NCBI GenBank assembly: GCA_012520575.1 | Contig: JAAYOB010000023.1 | Location: forward strand, 21,572-85,571 | Reading direction: 5' to 3' | From: Candidatus Stramentimicrobium fermentans | GTDB lineage: Bacteria; Atribacterota; Phoenicimicrobiia; Phoenicimicrobiales; Stramentimicrobiaceae | Length of the DNA: 64,000 nucleotides | Part shown: one piece after another, positions 38,044 through 48,496 of the stretch | Layout: each line of letters starts with the position of its first letter | Numbering within the stretch: the stretch's first letter is position 1 | Notes under the pieces: generated by a model | The model's database searches: none | Seen by the model: only the letters and a program-made list of their open reading frames with translations | Told to the model about the DNA's origin: nothing | Made by a program: the position numbers and the translations under genes

Positions 38044-39329
38044 TCCAGAACCTCCCTATTGGCAACTCTCACAAGGTCACCCTCTTCTAGAGAAATATTA
38101 CCTAATATCACTATAATCTCATTACCGGTAATACCATTAACAACTTCTACCTGATTATCCTGAGTTATACCTGTGGTAATAGCCCTTCTTTTTACAGTTT
38201 TCTCATCATCTCCAAGTACAAAAACATATAGTCCATCGGCTTTTCTGGTTAGAGCGGAGGAAGGGATGATTAAGGCATCGGGGTTATCTTCAATTATAAT
38301 ATTTGCTCGGGCAAAAACACCGGGAGGAATATCTATATCTGCCTCTTTAACCCTTATTTTTATTTCCATGGTTTTGGTAACCGGGTCAACTACCACTCCT
38401 TTGCTGACTATTTCTCCAGAAAATTTTTTTTGAGGGTAGGCATCTATAAATATTTCGGCATCCTGCCCTAATTGAACTGCGCCAATATCTTTTTCTGATA
38501 TACCTGTTTTGACCGATAATTCGCTGACATCAATTATTGATAGTAACGGCATTGCCGATGAAGCTAATTCTCCGGTCTTTACTGAAACAGCAGTAACACT
38601 GCCGCTAATAGGAGCTTTTATAATAGTGCTGTTGAGCTGGGATTGGGCAAGCTCTAAAGCAGATTGCGCCTGTCTAACCTGCGCTTCCACAGCTTTAATA
38701 TCTTGCGATGAGGCACCCTCAGTTATCAATTTGTAACTTTCAGAGACACTCTGATACTGTGCTTTGGCAATTTCATACTGGTTTTTGGCTTGGTCGTGCT
38801 GCTGCTCCGAGATAGCACCTTCGGTGAACAGCTTTTGCATTTTTTGATAATTTTCCTCTGCACTATCTAAACTTATCTTTGCTTGTCTTACGCCGGCTTC
38901 AGCCTGACTGACCTCTTGCGGGCGGGCACCGGCCTTGATTCTTTCCAGAGAGGCATGGGCTGAATCTAAGTTGGCCTTTGCTTGAGCAACCTGAAGCCTG
39001 ATTTGCTCATCATCCAGACGCATTAAAATGGCACCTTTTTCTACCTGTTCGCCTTCCTGTACCGAAACTTCTTTTACCTGTCCCATTATCTTGGCAAATA
39101 CGCGCACCATTTCTTTTGGTTCAACCACTCCGGATACCGTCAAAAACGATTTAATCTCGCCATGTTGAACTCTGGTAACCTGTATGGGAACCATTCTTTC
39201 CGATTGAACTGCAGGCTCAATAACTACCTCCTGCCTCTTCTGAGAGATGCGATTAGCGGCCTGCACAATCAATAATCCTATCACTGTAATTAAAACAACA
39301 TAAAATACTTTACGTCCGGTAATTCTCAT
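38040..39329 (-). CDS. RND periplasmic adaptor (membrane fusion protein)
   Basis: N-terminal TM, lipoyl halves G.VKEV.V.EGEQVEKG and IKAPISG, long helical hairpin. Confidence 0.92.
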   Translation of the reverse strand: MRITGRKVFYVVLITVIGLLIVQAANRISQKRQEVVIEPAVQSERMVPIQVTRVQHGEIKSFLTVSGVVEPKEMVRVFAKIMGQVKEVSVQEGEQVEKGAILMRLDDEQIRLQVAQAKANLDSAHASLERIKAGARPQEVSQAEAGVRQAKISLDSAEENYQKMQKLFTEGAISEQQHDQAKNQYEIAKAQYQSVSESYKLITEGASSQDIKAVEAQVRQAQSALELAQSQLNSTIIKAPISGSVTAVSVKTGELASSAMPLLSIIDVSELSVKTGISEKDIGAVQLGQDAEIFIDAYPQKKFSGEIVSKGVVVDPVTKTMEIKIRVKEADIDIPPGVFARANIIIEDNPDALIIPSSALTRKADGLYVFVLGDDEKTVKRRAITTGITQDNQVEVVNGITGNEIIVILGNISLEEGDLVRVANREVLE

Positions 39330-39455
39330 CTTTTACATTCCTCTCTAACATATCAAGGTAAGTTGTATTCATAGCCCACAAAATAGTTCTAAAATTGGCT
39401 AAATACTTACAATGTAATTAGTATAAAGTACTTTTGTGGCTGAAAAAGTGCAACA

Positions 39456-39475
39456 AAAGAACCGTCCCTATGGCA
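39456..39475 (-). repeat. Dispersed 20-bp repeat, copy 2
   Basis: TGCCATAGGGACGGTTCTTT just after the tolC stop; matches 19203..19222. Confidence 0.55.
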
Positions 39476-39477
39476 AT

Positions 39478-40794
39478 TTAGAGTAAGCCCATGGCTTTGA
39501 TAAGTGCCGCTCTATTGGTATTATAATCATATAGGGCATTGAGATGGTTGGTCTCCGCTTCAATTAAGGCACTCTGGGCATCTATTACTTCGATATTAGT
39601 AGAGATCCCCTCATTATACTTTACCTGAGCAATGCGAAAACTCTCCTCAGAATCCCCGATTCCTTGTTCGGTAACTTTTACTAATTTCTCCGCCTCCACC
39701 ATTTTCAGATAGAGGGAACGTACTTCAAACTCTATCAGCTGCAGAGCTTGTTTTTCACTCTGCTCAACCTGGGCTAAACTTAACTCTGCCTGCTTTATTT
39801 TAGATTTATTCACTCCGCCATCAAAAATAGGTATTTCCCCCGCAATTGCTACTTTCCAACCTGCCAATCCTGAATCCATGTTCATCATTATTTGCGGCCC
39901 TTTATTGCTTTTCGCTATATTTAGCATATTTTTCATGATTTTTTTCTGCTGGCTGACCTGCTCTAATTCAGGACGATATTGCCTGGCACTTTCCAGCGCT
40001 TCTTCCAGTGAAATATCACAGGGCTCATAGGCCAAATCATTTTCTAATTTAAGGGACGTTTCAAGGTCAATTCCCATGATGGAATTTAAATTGTATACCG
40101 TTAATAAATAACCATTCTCAGCCCTAATCAGGTTATGTTCCAAATTAGATAGCTGTGAGTTGATACGATTTAAATCTATAGGGGCAATCATGCCTTCCGT
40201 CAATAAAGAGCGTGAGCTCTCCAGATGTGCCTTAATCTGAGTTAGGGCTTGTGCACTGACCCTCTTCAGGCCTTCTGCCTGCAATACCCGGTAGTAGGCT
40301 TCGGTCACCTTATAGATGAGTTCCTGCCTGTCTCCCTCCAATTCATTCAAAGCGATGGACTGTTCCGCTTTAGCCAATTCAATCAGGTTTTTCAGTTTTC
40401 CACCGCTGTACAATATTTTAGAAATATTGAAGGAGATTAAGGGAACTCCGGTACCGGAAGAATAGAGGTAGCTGTAGTCTCCTGCGACTATCTTGTCCGG
40501 GTCCGGTGCATCACTGGTCCTAACGTAACCGCCTTGAAATTTAGCATTTATTTTTTTTGCACCTTCCGCTTCCTGCACCTGCTCTTCTTTTATTTCCACT
40601 TTACTTTGAGCAATCTGGTAGCTCAAATTATTTTGCAGGGCAAGCTCAATGCAATCTTCAATATTTAAACTCAAACTTTCGGCCGGATAAGCTGTACCAG
40701 ACAAAAATAAAAGAAGAGATGCCACCAACAGCAAGTAGAGGCAAAATCCCCTCAACATTACTCCTGCCCTTTCTAATACTCTTCTCGTTTTCAT
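39478..40794 (-). CDS. TolC family outer-membrane efflux protein
   Basis: LNIEDCIELALQNN, VTEAYYRVL, PIFDGG, YNEG.ST.IEVIDAQ; GGAGGGGG RBS before ATG 40794. Confidence 0.9.
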   Translation of the reverse strand: MKTRRVLERAGVMLRGFCLYLLLVASLLLFLSGTAYPAESLSLNIEDCIELALQNNLSYQIAQSKVEIKEEQVQEAEGAKKINAKFQGGYVRTSDAPDPDKIVAGDYSYLYSSGTGVPLISFNISKILYSGGKLKNLIELAKAEQSIALNELEGDRQELIYKVTEAYYRVLQAEGLKRVSAQALTQIKAHLESSRSLLTEGMIAPIDLNRINSQLSNLEHNLIRAENGYLLTVYNLNSIMGIDLETSLKLENDLAYEPCDISLEEALESARQYRPELEQVSQQKKIMKNMLNIAKSNKGPQIMMNMDSGLAGWKVAIAGEIPIFDGGVNKSKIKQAELSLAQVEQSEKQALQLIEFEVRSLYLKMVEAEKLVKVTEQGIGDSEESFRIAQVKYNEGISTNIEVIDAQSALIEAETNHLNALYDYNTNRAALIKAMGLL

Positions 40795-40859
40795 AAATAA
40801 CACCCCCTCCTCCCCATTTAGATAAAACAAGATTAATTTCATCTATTAAGCTAAATAAC

Positions 40860-41261
40860 TTATTCTTTATTCTGCCCGTCTCTTTCCAATTGCTTCATTT
40901 TTTGCCAGACTAAAAGTGCCTCCTCAGCACTATTGACCCGGATATCGCCAAAAACATGGGGATGACGACGGATTAGCTTGCTTTTAGCTCCCATCAACAC
41001 CTGCTGATAGTCAAATAACCCTGCCTCACGGGCTATCTCGATTTCAATTAAGATATCCATAAGTAAATCTCCCAACTCCTCGCACAGATTCAGGTAATCA
41101 CCCTTCTCTGCGGCCTCTTTTACCTCCTGTGCTTCTTCCGTAATATTGTGAGCCATAGATGACAAGGTCTGTTTTTGATCCCAGAGACAGCCCTGAGGTC
41201 CCCTCAATCGTGTCGCGATAGAGATTAATTCTGAAAATAACTCCCGTTCTTTCCGATGCAT
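40860..41261 (-). CDS. mazG: MazG nucleotide pyrophosphohydrolase (single domain)
   Basis: LRGPQGCLWD..QT, EEAQEV, EELGDLL, KLIRRHPHVFG; AAGGAG RBS before ATG 41261. Confidence 0.9.
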   Translation of the reverse strand: MHRKERELFSELISIATRLRGPQGCLWDQKQTLSSMAHNITEEAQEVKEAAEKGDYLNLCEELGDLLMDILIEIEIAREAGLFDYQQVLMGAKSKLIRRHPHVFGDIRVNSAEEALLVWQKMKQLERDGQNKE

Positions 41262-41494
41262 GAAAAAATATTCTCCTTTTGACTGTACCGGCACAACATT
41301 TTTTTCTTTCAAATCATAATTGCTAAATTTTTAATTCCACATATTGTTTTATTATATTAACAAAATTGTTAAGAATCTATAAAGTAAATTCGAAGATTTA
41401 AAGTTTTTATAAATATTTTCTCTATTATGGTTAAGTCATTCTGATTATACCATTTATAGTAGATATTTCCGATATTCTATACTTATTCCTATTC

Positions 41495-44400
41495 CTATAG
41501 TATTTTTTCTAAAAAAGAAAGTCCTTGGGAAAGTGCACTATTTTCCGGAATTGACTGGCCGGTTCTTGGGGCAGTCAATATTAACTCCCCCTGACTCCCC
41601 TTTTGCCGGAAAAATGCATTCTTAACAGGGTTAATCGTTAAACTTTTTTGAATCTTATCAGACAGAGATGAACCGATGGGAAATTTAAGGGAAAGATGGC
41701 GCGTAGTTATCCTAATGTCCAAAACTTCCTGATTTTTTAATTTCAATTTCAAAGAGATGATCTGTAGTAAGGTTTCCAGTTCTTTCGGAAATGAACCATA
41801 GATATCTTGGAGCTCTGTCTTTATATCATTGAGCTCTTCCTCGCTGTTTATCCGGCTGAGCTTCTGATAATAACTTATCCTAATCTCCGGACTGGAGATA
41901 TAGTATTCAGGAATGAGGCTTTCGAGCTTTACGTCAATTTCCGGTCCGGTATCTTGCAATTCGTTACCGGCCGTTTCGGGGTGCAGAAGCCGGCTGACAC
42001 TCTCCTCCAGCATCTGGCAATAATAATTGAAACCAACTTCAGTAACAAACCCATGTTGTTCTTTTCCCAGTAAATTACCGGCTCCTCTAATCTCTAAATC
42101 ACGCATGGCCAGTCGGAATCCTGAGCCTAAATCGCTAAATTCCCGGATTGCTTCCAGCCGTTTTCGAGCATTATCCGTTAATATTTTTTTAGAAGGATAG
42201 AGCAGATAGGCATAGGCACGCCGGCTGCTTCTGCCCACACGTCCCCTAAGCTGATAGAGCTGGGATAGGCCAAAACGATGTGCCTGGTCAATAATGATGG
42301 TGTTCACATTGGATATATCCAATCCTATTTCAATAATGGTGGTGCAGACTAAAACATCACTCTCATGATTTATAAAACTAATCATGATCTTTTCCAACTG
42401 GTCCTCCACCATCTGACCATGGGCTGTGATAACTCTGGCTTCCGGCACCAGTCTTTTTACTTTTTGGGCAACAGAATCAATATCTTCAACCCTATTATGG
42501 ACATAGTAGACCTGACCACCTCTTTCTAATTCTCTCCTGATGGCCTCTCGGATAACTTCATCTGTTTCGGACTTAAAAAAAGTGACTATGGGTAAACGGA
42601 GTTCCGGCGGGGTATTTATGATACTCATTTCCCTGATACCGGTTAAAGATAAATAGAGCGTTCTGGGAATAGGGGTAGCGGTGAGAGTTAGCGAGTCTAT
42701 CTGTTCTTTCAAATTTTTGATTCTCTCTTTATGGATTACCCCAAAACGCTGCTCTTCATCCACCACTAACAAACCCAGGTCTTTGAAAACCACATCCGGC
42801 TGGATTAAACGATGGGTCCCGATAATAATATCGATATTTCCTTTTTTTAAATCTGCAATAATCTTTTCCTGTTCTTTTTTAGTTTTAAATCGAGAAAGCA
42901 TCTCAATCCTTATAGGAAATCCCTTCATTCTTTCGCTAAAATTTTCCCAATGCTGTTGAACCAAAATAGTGGTAGGTGCCAATACCGCTACCTGTTTATT
43001 GTCCATAACTGATTTAAAGGCAGCCCGAATGGCAATTTCTGTCTTACCATAACCAACATCTCCGCAGATGAGACGTTCCATGGGGTAAGATGATTCCATA
43101 TCCTTTTTCACATCCTGAAAAGCCTTTTCCTGGTCCGGTGTTTCCTGAAAAGGAAATGCCATTTCTAATTCCTGCTGCCATACGGTATCGGCGGAAAAAG
43201 TGTGTCCTTTAATACTCTTCCTCTTCCTATATAGTTCAAATAACTCCAGAGCTGCTTTCCGAATGGATTCCTGTACCCTCCTTTTGGTTGACTTCCAGAG
43301 GCTGCCTCCTAAGCGGTTTAATTTTGGAATTCCTCCACCCGCTCCAATATACTTATGTACCGAGGATAATTGTTCTACCGGTACATACAGTTCGTCATCG
43401 GAGGCATACTTGATTAAAAGATACTCCCTCCTGATACCATCGGTAATACGAGATTTGACGCCCTCATACCTGCCAATACCATGATTAACATGTACTACAA
43501 AATCCCCCACTCTCACTTCATCCAACTCATAAAAGGATTTGCCCTGAAATCTTTTCGGTTTATAACTTTTTTCGCGTTGCTTACCAAAGATTTCCTGCTC
43601 GGTAATGAGAAAAAGATTTAGTTTCGGAATAGAAAAACCATTACTAACCGACCCATAGCTTAAGCAGACCTGTTCAGGATTAAGGTCAGCTTCCTTTAAA
43701 TCCTGCAAACGATACCGGGTAAAGCCCCTATCATCTAAGATATCAGCCAGACGTGAAGCTCTGACTTTGTTACCGGCTAAGATAATAATATTCTGTTTTT
43801 CCTGATGATTTTTCCGGAGAGCCTTCTGGAATAAATCTAAATTTCCAAAATAATGTTCTACAGCAGTTGCCTCAAAGGAATAGAAATGATTGTTCTCTTC
43901 CCCGCTTTGCTCCGGGCTGAGGTTGTCTTGTGCCAACCAAGGTTCGATAGTTACTAAACGTTGTTTTTGAGAAAATAGCCCCCTGATTTCCGACCAGTTG
44001 AGGTAATAATAATCCGGTGGCAAGACATTTTTGTCCTCCTCTTTTTTTGATAAATAGGATTTTCGGATTTCTTTTTCAAAATCCAGGCCATGTTTTTCCA
44101 TTTCCTGATACTGAGAAACTATGATATCGGTATTCTCAGGTAGATAATCAAAAAAAGAGCCTGCTTCTCTCTCTTTTTCTTTAGATTCGGCAGTCAGTTC
44201 AATTCGGGGAACCAGTACAATTTCTTCGATTTTTCTGATAGAACGTTGTGATTCCGGGTCGAAAAGCCGGAGAGAGGAAATCCTATCACCATCTAACTCT
44301 ATTCTTAATGGATTTTCCTCGGCAAAGGGAAATACATCAATAATCCCGCCGCGTTGGCTGAACTGCCCGGATTGTTCGATCATTCCCGAGGATTGATAGC

Positions 44401-44932
44401 CCTGGTCTAAAAGATGATTAAGGAAGTTTTCAATATTTAATAGCCCTTCCCGCTCTAATTTGAGGTGTCCTTTCAGAAATTTATCGCCGATAAGGATTTT
44501 AGGCAGGAGCGCTCGATAGGTACTGATTATAATTAAGGGATAAGAAAGGTTATTTTTATACTGCTGACGGGAGTATATTATGGGGGATAAGGCAGATAAA
44601 ACCTTAATTCTCTGTTTTATAATTTCTATATCATAGGGCAGTTCTTCATAAGGCAAGACCTCAGGTGCCGGAAAAATCAGGATGCTATTATTTTCCGGCC
44701 AGCCGGTAAAAGTCAGTAAATCCTGGTAACTGCGTTGTGCCTCTTCTAAGCTACTAGTTAAAAAAAGTAACACCTGTTTTATCTCTCCTTTTAAAACTAA
44801 AGAAGAGATAAAAAAAGAGAGTGCGCTGGACTGCAATCCTCTTATTCGGAAAGTTTTTTTCTGCTTGATTCCAAAATCCTGTAAAAACTGATTATAATTA
44901 GGGTCCTGAGCCCAAAATTTACTTAATTCCAT
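41495..44932 (-). CDS. mfd: Transcription-repair coupling factor
   Basis: RGGIIDVFP, VVH..HGIGRY, CGDVGYGKTE, DEEQRFGV, QLRGRVGRS, RDLEIRGAGNLLG. Confidence 0.97.
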   Translation of the reverse strand: MELSKFWAQDPNYNQFLQDFGIKQKKTFRIRGLQSSALSFFISSLVLKGEIKQVLLFLTSSLEEAQRSYQDLLTFTGWPENNSILIFPAPEVLPYEELPYDIEIIKQRIKVLSALSPIIYSRQQYKNNLSYPLIIISTYRALLPKILIGDKFLKGHLKLEREGLLNIENFLNHLLDQGYQSSGMIEQSGQFSQRGGIIDVFPFAEENPLRIELDGDRISSLRLFDPESQRSIRKIEEIVLVPRIELTAESKEKEREAGSFFDYLPENTDIIVSQYQEMEKHGLDFEKEIRKSYLSKKEEDKNVLPPDYYYLNWSEIRGLFSQKQRLVTIEPWLAQDNLSPEQSGEENNHFYSFEATAVEHYFGNLDLFQKALRKNHQEKQNIIILAGNKVRASRLADILDDRGFTRYRLQDLKEADLNPEQVCLSYGSVSNGFSIPKLNLFLITEQEIFGKQREKSYKPKRFQGKSFYELDEVRVGDFVVHVNHGIGRYEGVKSRITDGIRREYLLIKYASDDELYVPVEQLSSVHKYIGAGGGIPKLNRLGGSLWKSTKRRVQESIRKAALELFELYRKRKSIKGHTFSADTVWQQELEMAFPFQETPDQEKAFQDVKKDMESSYPMERLICGDVGYGKTEIAIRAAFKSVMDNKQVAVLAPTTILVQQHWENFSERMKGFPIRIEMLSRFKTKKEQEKIIADLKKGNIDIIIGTHRLIQPDVVFKDLGLLVVDEEQRFGVIHKERIKNLKEQIDSLTLTATPIPRTLYLSLTGIREMSIINTPPELRLPIVTFFKSETDEVIREAIRRELERGGQVYYVHNRVEDIDSVAQKVKRLVPEARVITAHGQMVEDQLEKIMISFINHESDVLVCTTIIEIGLDISNVNTIIIDQAHRFGLSQLYQLRGRVGRSSRRAYAYLLYPSKKILTDNARKRLEAIREFSDLGSGFRLAMRDLEIRGAGNLLGKEQHGFVTEVGFNYYCQMLEESVSRLLHPETAGNELQDTGPEIDVKLESLIPEYYISSPEIRISYYQKLSRINSEEELNDIKTELQDIYGSFPKELETLLQIISLKLKLKNQEVLDIRITTRHLSLKFPIGSSLSDKIQKSLTINPVKNAFFRQKGSQGELILTAPRTGQSIPENSALSQGLSFLEKIL

Positions 44933-45063
44933 ATTATTTACTCTGAACAGAAAGGGCTTTTACTATCAACAAAATTCTTTCTTTATTATTAATCATAGGA
45001 TTAGAATAAATATAGCTAAAGACCGTACTGCCTTTTGATTATCAGTTTTTGTAGAGAAATGGA

Positions 45064-46035
45064 TTAACGGGCTAAAACATCAGCCAACCGGTACAGTGAA
45101 TCAGGGAGAGGTTTTTGGTGAGACAAGACTTCTTTTATGGGAATAGCTGAGATCTTATCTCCATTTAAAACAACCATATGGTGATACTGTTTTTGCAGCA
45201 ATTGCTCTACTGCTGCTGAACCTAAGCGACTTCCTAATATACGGTCAAATGCTGAAGGAAATCCACCTCTCTGCACATACCCCAATACGGTAACCCTCAT
45301 CTCAAAACCAATCTTATCTTCTAAATATTTTCCAATCTCATAGGGATTACCGGCCCCTTCGGTTACTATTACCAGACAGTGGGTTTTGCCTCTCTCATAA
45401 CCCTGTTTCAATTTTATGCTAATTTCTTCCAGATTGGCCGGAAACTCCGGAACGATTACTGTTTCAGCACCACCGGCAATTCCACCCATTAAGGCCAGAT
45501 ATCCGGATTCTCTTCCCATGACTTCAATAATGAAAGCCCTGCGCAGCGAGGAGGCGGTATCTTTAATCTTGTCTATGGTAGAAATAACGGTATTTAAAGC
45601 GGTATCAACACCAATAGCCATATCGGTGCCATAAAGGTCATTATCAATACTGGCCGGTATACCAGCCACAGGAATCCCTTCCTGTTGATAGAGTTGGAGG
45701 GCGCCCGCCATGGAACCATTTCCTCCAATTACTATAAGTGCATCAATTTTATTATCCCTTATAATGGCAGAAGCTTTTCGAATCCCGGACTCGGTTTTAA
45801 ATTCCTCACTGCGGGAGGTCATCAACATAGTGCCACCACGCTGCATAATCCCACCCACAGTTTTTAAATTAAGGGGAATAATTCGGTTTTTCAACAGTCC
45901 TTGATAACCGCTCTGTATGCCTAAGACTCCCAATTTATGGTATATTCCCTTGCGCACTACCGCCCGGATAGCGGCATTCATTCCCGGAGAATCCCCTCCA
46001 CTAGTCAATACAGCAATTTTTCTAATTATATTCAC
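45064..46035 (-). CDS. pfkA: ATP-dependent 6-phosphofructokinase
   Basis: LTSGGDSPGMNAAIRAV, GGNGS, PASIDND, EVMGR, LGYVQRGG. Confidence 0.93.
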   Translation of the reverse strand: MNIIRKIAVLTSGGDSPGMNAAIRAVVRKGIYHKLGVLGIQSGYQGLLKNRIIPLNLKTVGGIMQRGGTMLMTSRSEEFKTESGIRKASAIIRDNKIDALIVIGGNGSMAGALQLYQQEGIPVAGIPASIDNDLYGTDMAIGVDTALNTVISTIDKIKDTASSLRRAFIIEVMGRESGYLALMGGIAGGAETVIVPEFPANLEEISIKLKQGYERGKTHCLVIVTEGAGNPYEIGKYLEDKIGFEMRVTVLGYVQRGGFPSAFDRILGSRLGSAAVEQLLQKQYHHMVVLNGDKISAIPIKEVLSHQKPLPDSLYRLADVLAR

Positions 46036-46050
46036 CTGCCTAGCTCTGCC

Positions 46051-46647
46051 TTAGAGACTTTCCTCAGTTAAATTCAGACTATTGTATTCTCTCATGGCAA
46101 ACTCCAAACCTTTTAAGAGAATATCCCTTACTGCCCGTACAGCGTAAGTTAGAGTGGTCTCTATCAGTCTCTCCTCTTCCGACAAAAAAGAGGTTATTAC
46201 GAAATCGGTATAGTCTAAATTTGTTAGCAGCTGCTCATTCCCTATACCGATTCGTAGGCGAGGAAACTCTTCGGACTTTATGGAATTTATGATAGAATCT
46301 ACTCCGTTATGTCCCCCGGAGCTTCCATGTCTTCTTATACGTATTTTGCCTAAAGGTAGATGAAAATCATCATAGATAACTAATAATTGCTCCGGCATAA
46401 TATGGTAATAAGTCATAATTTCTTTTACTGCTTTGCCGCTAAGATTCATATAAGTCTGCGGTTTAACCAGAATAAGGTCCTGTTCTAGAAATTTAAAAGG
46501 GAGAATGTGGGCTAAAAATTTCTTTTTCCATTTAAGGTTGTGGTCACCTATCTTGAAAGCAAATTGGTCTACAACTCGAAACCCCACATTATGTCGAGAA
46601 TGTTTATATTTAATTCCAGGGTTACCCAGACCTACTATTATGTTCAC
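46051..46647 (-). CDS. pth: Peptidyl-tRNA hydrolase
   Basis: VGLGNPG, RHNVGF, KPQTYMNLSG, GGHNG, RLRIGIG. Confidence 0.97.
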   Translation of the reverse strand: MNIIVGLGNPGIKYKHSRHNVGFRVVDQFAFKIGDHNLKWKKKFLAHILPFKFLEQDLILVKPQTYMNLSGKAVKEIMTYYHIMPEQLLVIYDDFHLPLGKIRIRRHGSSGGHNGVDSIINSIKSEEFPRLRIGIGNEQLLTNLDYTDFVITSFLSEEERLIETTLTYAVRAVRDILLKGLEFAMREYNSLNLTEESL

Positions 46648-46696
46648 ATCATCACAGCCTTAGCTGAATATATTTTTAGTTAGATATAGGATTCTC

Positions 46697-47389
46697 TTAT
46701 TCTTTACCTTTATGTTCCTCAGACTTTGCATCATGAGCTTTTGCCTTATCAGCAGCTTCCTCACCAGTCCCTTCAGCAGCTTCTTCTGCTTCCTCTTCCG
46801 GTACTTCTTCCTCTACTTTGGTAGGAGCAACTACTGAGGCAATCGTACGATCAATATCCGTTATCAGTTTAACCTCTTCCGGTAAAACAATGTCTTGTAA
46901 TGTTATAACATCATTAAAGCCCATTTCACTGATATCGATAGTTATAGCACCGGGGTCATCTGCCGGAAAACACTCTACCTCTATTTCGCGTAAAGATATA
47001 TCCAAAATTCCCCCTTCTTTAACCCCTTTTGGTTCACCTTCCAGAATAAGCGGTACAACCAAGGTAATCTTCTCCTTCATAGAGACACCATAAAAATCAA
47101 AATGATTTATTTTTTTCTTCAAGGAATCATATTGGAAATCCTTAATTACCGCTAAGCGAGTAGTTTCCTTAGCTTTGTCAGTCTTTATTTTTAAATCAAT
47201 TATTCCATGGGAATGTTTTTTATCTGATAAAAAACGAAAGAGTTCCTTTTCCGGAATTTTTAATAAAATGCTATTCTTATCCCGTGGGGAGTAAAGAATA
47301 CCCGGAACATACCCTGTCTTTCTAAGCCTTTTGCTCTCCTCCTTGCCAGATTTCTCTCTGGTTTCAACTTCTAACTTAATTCGTTTCAT
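46697..47389 (-). CDS. rplY: 50S ribosomal protein L25/Ctc
   Basis: GK..SKRLR..GYVPGILY, HFDFY, GVKEGG; position between prs and pth. Confidence 0.94.
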   Translation of the reverse strand: MKRIKLEVETREKSGKEESKRLRKTGYVPGILYSPRDKNSILLKIPEKELFRFLSDKKHSHGIIDLKIKTDKAKETTRLAVIKDFQYDSLKKKINHFDFYGVSMKEKITLVVPLILEGEPKGVKEGGILDISLREIEVECFPADDPGAITIDISEMGFNDVITLQDIVLPEEVKLITDIDRTIASVVAPTKVEEEVPEEEAEEAAEGTGEEAADKAKAHDAKSEEHKGKE

Positions 47390-47514
47390 AACCCGCTTCC
47401 CTCCATGTCATCACTTTTTAAATAGTTATATTAGATATATGTCAAAAATACCTAAAATAGTATTATAGCACAACTTTCTACTAAAATATAATTCCATAGT
47501 ATGGTTTAATTCTA

Positions 47515-48477
47515 TTACCTGAATAGAGCACTTATGGATTGATTATAATGAATGCGTTTAATTGCTTCTGCAAACAATTCTGAAACAGATAAAATTTTTA
47601 TACAGTCCAATTTTTTTTCTGCCGGAATCTGTATGGTGTTGGTTACTACTATCTCTTTAAACAATTTTTCCCGTGAATATTTCTCAATACGCTCCCGTGC
47701 CGGACCGGCAAGAACGGGGTGAGTGGCACAGATATAAATTTCTTTGGCTCCGGCGTTGAAGATGGCCTGGCTGCCTTTAATAATTGAACCGGCTGTATCA
47801 ATCATATCATCAACTATAATAGCCGTTTTATCTTTGACATCACCTACAATGTGCATTATTTCCACATTAGAAAAAGAGGATCTGTATTTATCGATAATGG
47901 CAATGGGCTTATTTAAATAGCCGGAGAAATTACGAGCCCGGGCTGTTCCCCCTACATCAGGTGAAACAACTACTGCCTTGTCAAGATTTTTCATTTTAAA
48001 ATAGTCTACTAGTATGGGGGCGGCCTCTAAATGGTCTACCGGGATATCAAAAAACCCCTGTATCTGTCCTGCGTGTAAATCCATAGTTAAAATACGGTTA
48101 GCTCCCGCCTCTACTAACAGATTAGCCACTAATTTGGCAGTAATAGGTTCTCTGGGTCGGGTTTTCCTGTCTTGCCTGGCATAACTATAATAAGGTATTA
48201 CGGCAGTAATTCTACCTGCCGATGCCCGATGAAGTGCATCGATCATAACTAATAGTTCCATGAGATGGTCATTAACCGGATGACAGGTGGGCTGTATTAC
48301 AAATACATCCCGCCCCCGCACATTTTCACCAATCTCTACATGTAGTTCACCATCTGGAAACCTGGATATATCAGCTTTCCCCAGCTGAGTTCCTAAATGC
48401 GCCACTATTTCTTCTGCTAAAGACAGATTAGCATTCCCAGAAAATATCTGCAATTCTTTGCTGTCACATGCAATCAA
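47515..48477 (-). CDS. prs: Ribose-phosphate pyrophosphokinase
   Basis: FPDGE, YSYARQDRK, DLHAGQIQGFFD, VSPDVGG, VDDMIDTAGS. Confidence 0.97.
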   Translation of the reverse strand: MIACDSKELQIFSGNANLSLAEEIVAHLGTQLGKADISRFPDGELHVEIGENVRGRDVFVIQPTCHPVNDHLMELLVMIDALHRASAGRITAVIPYYSYARQDRKTRPREPITAKLVANLLVEAGANRILTMDLHAGQIQGFFDIPVDHLEAAPILVDYFKMKNLDKAVVVSPDVGGTARARNFSGYLNKPIAIIDKYRSSFSNVEIMHIVGDVKDKTAIIVDDMIDTAGSIIKGSQAIFNAGAKEIYICATHPVLAGPARERIEKYSREKLFKEIVVTNTIQIPAEKKLDCIKILSVSELFAEAIKRIHYNQSISALFR

Positions 48478-48496
48478 ATTATTGCCTCCAATCTTT

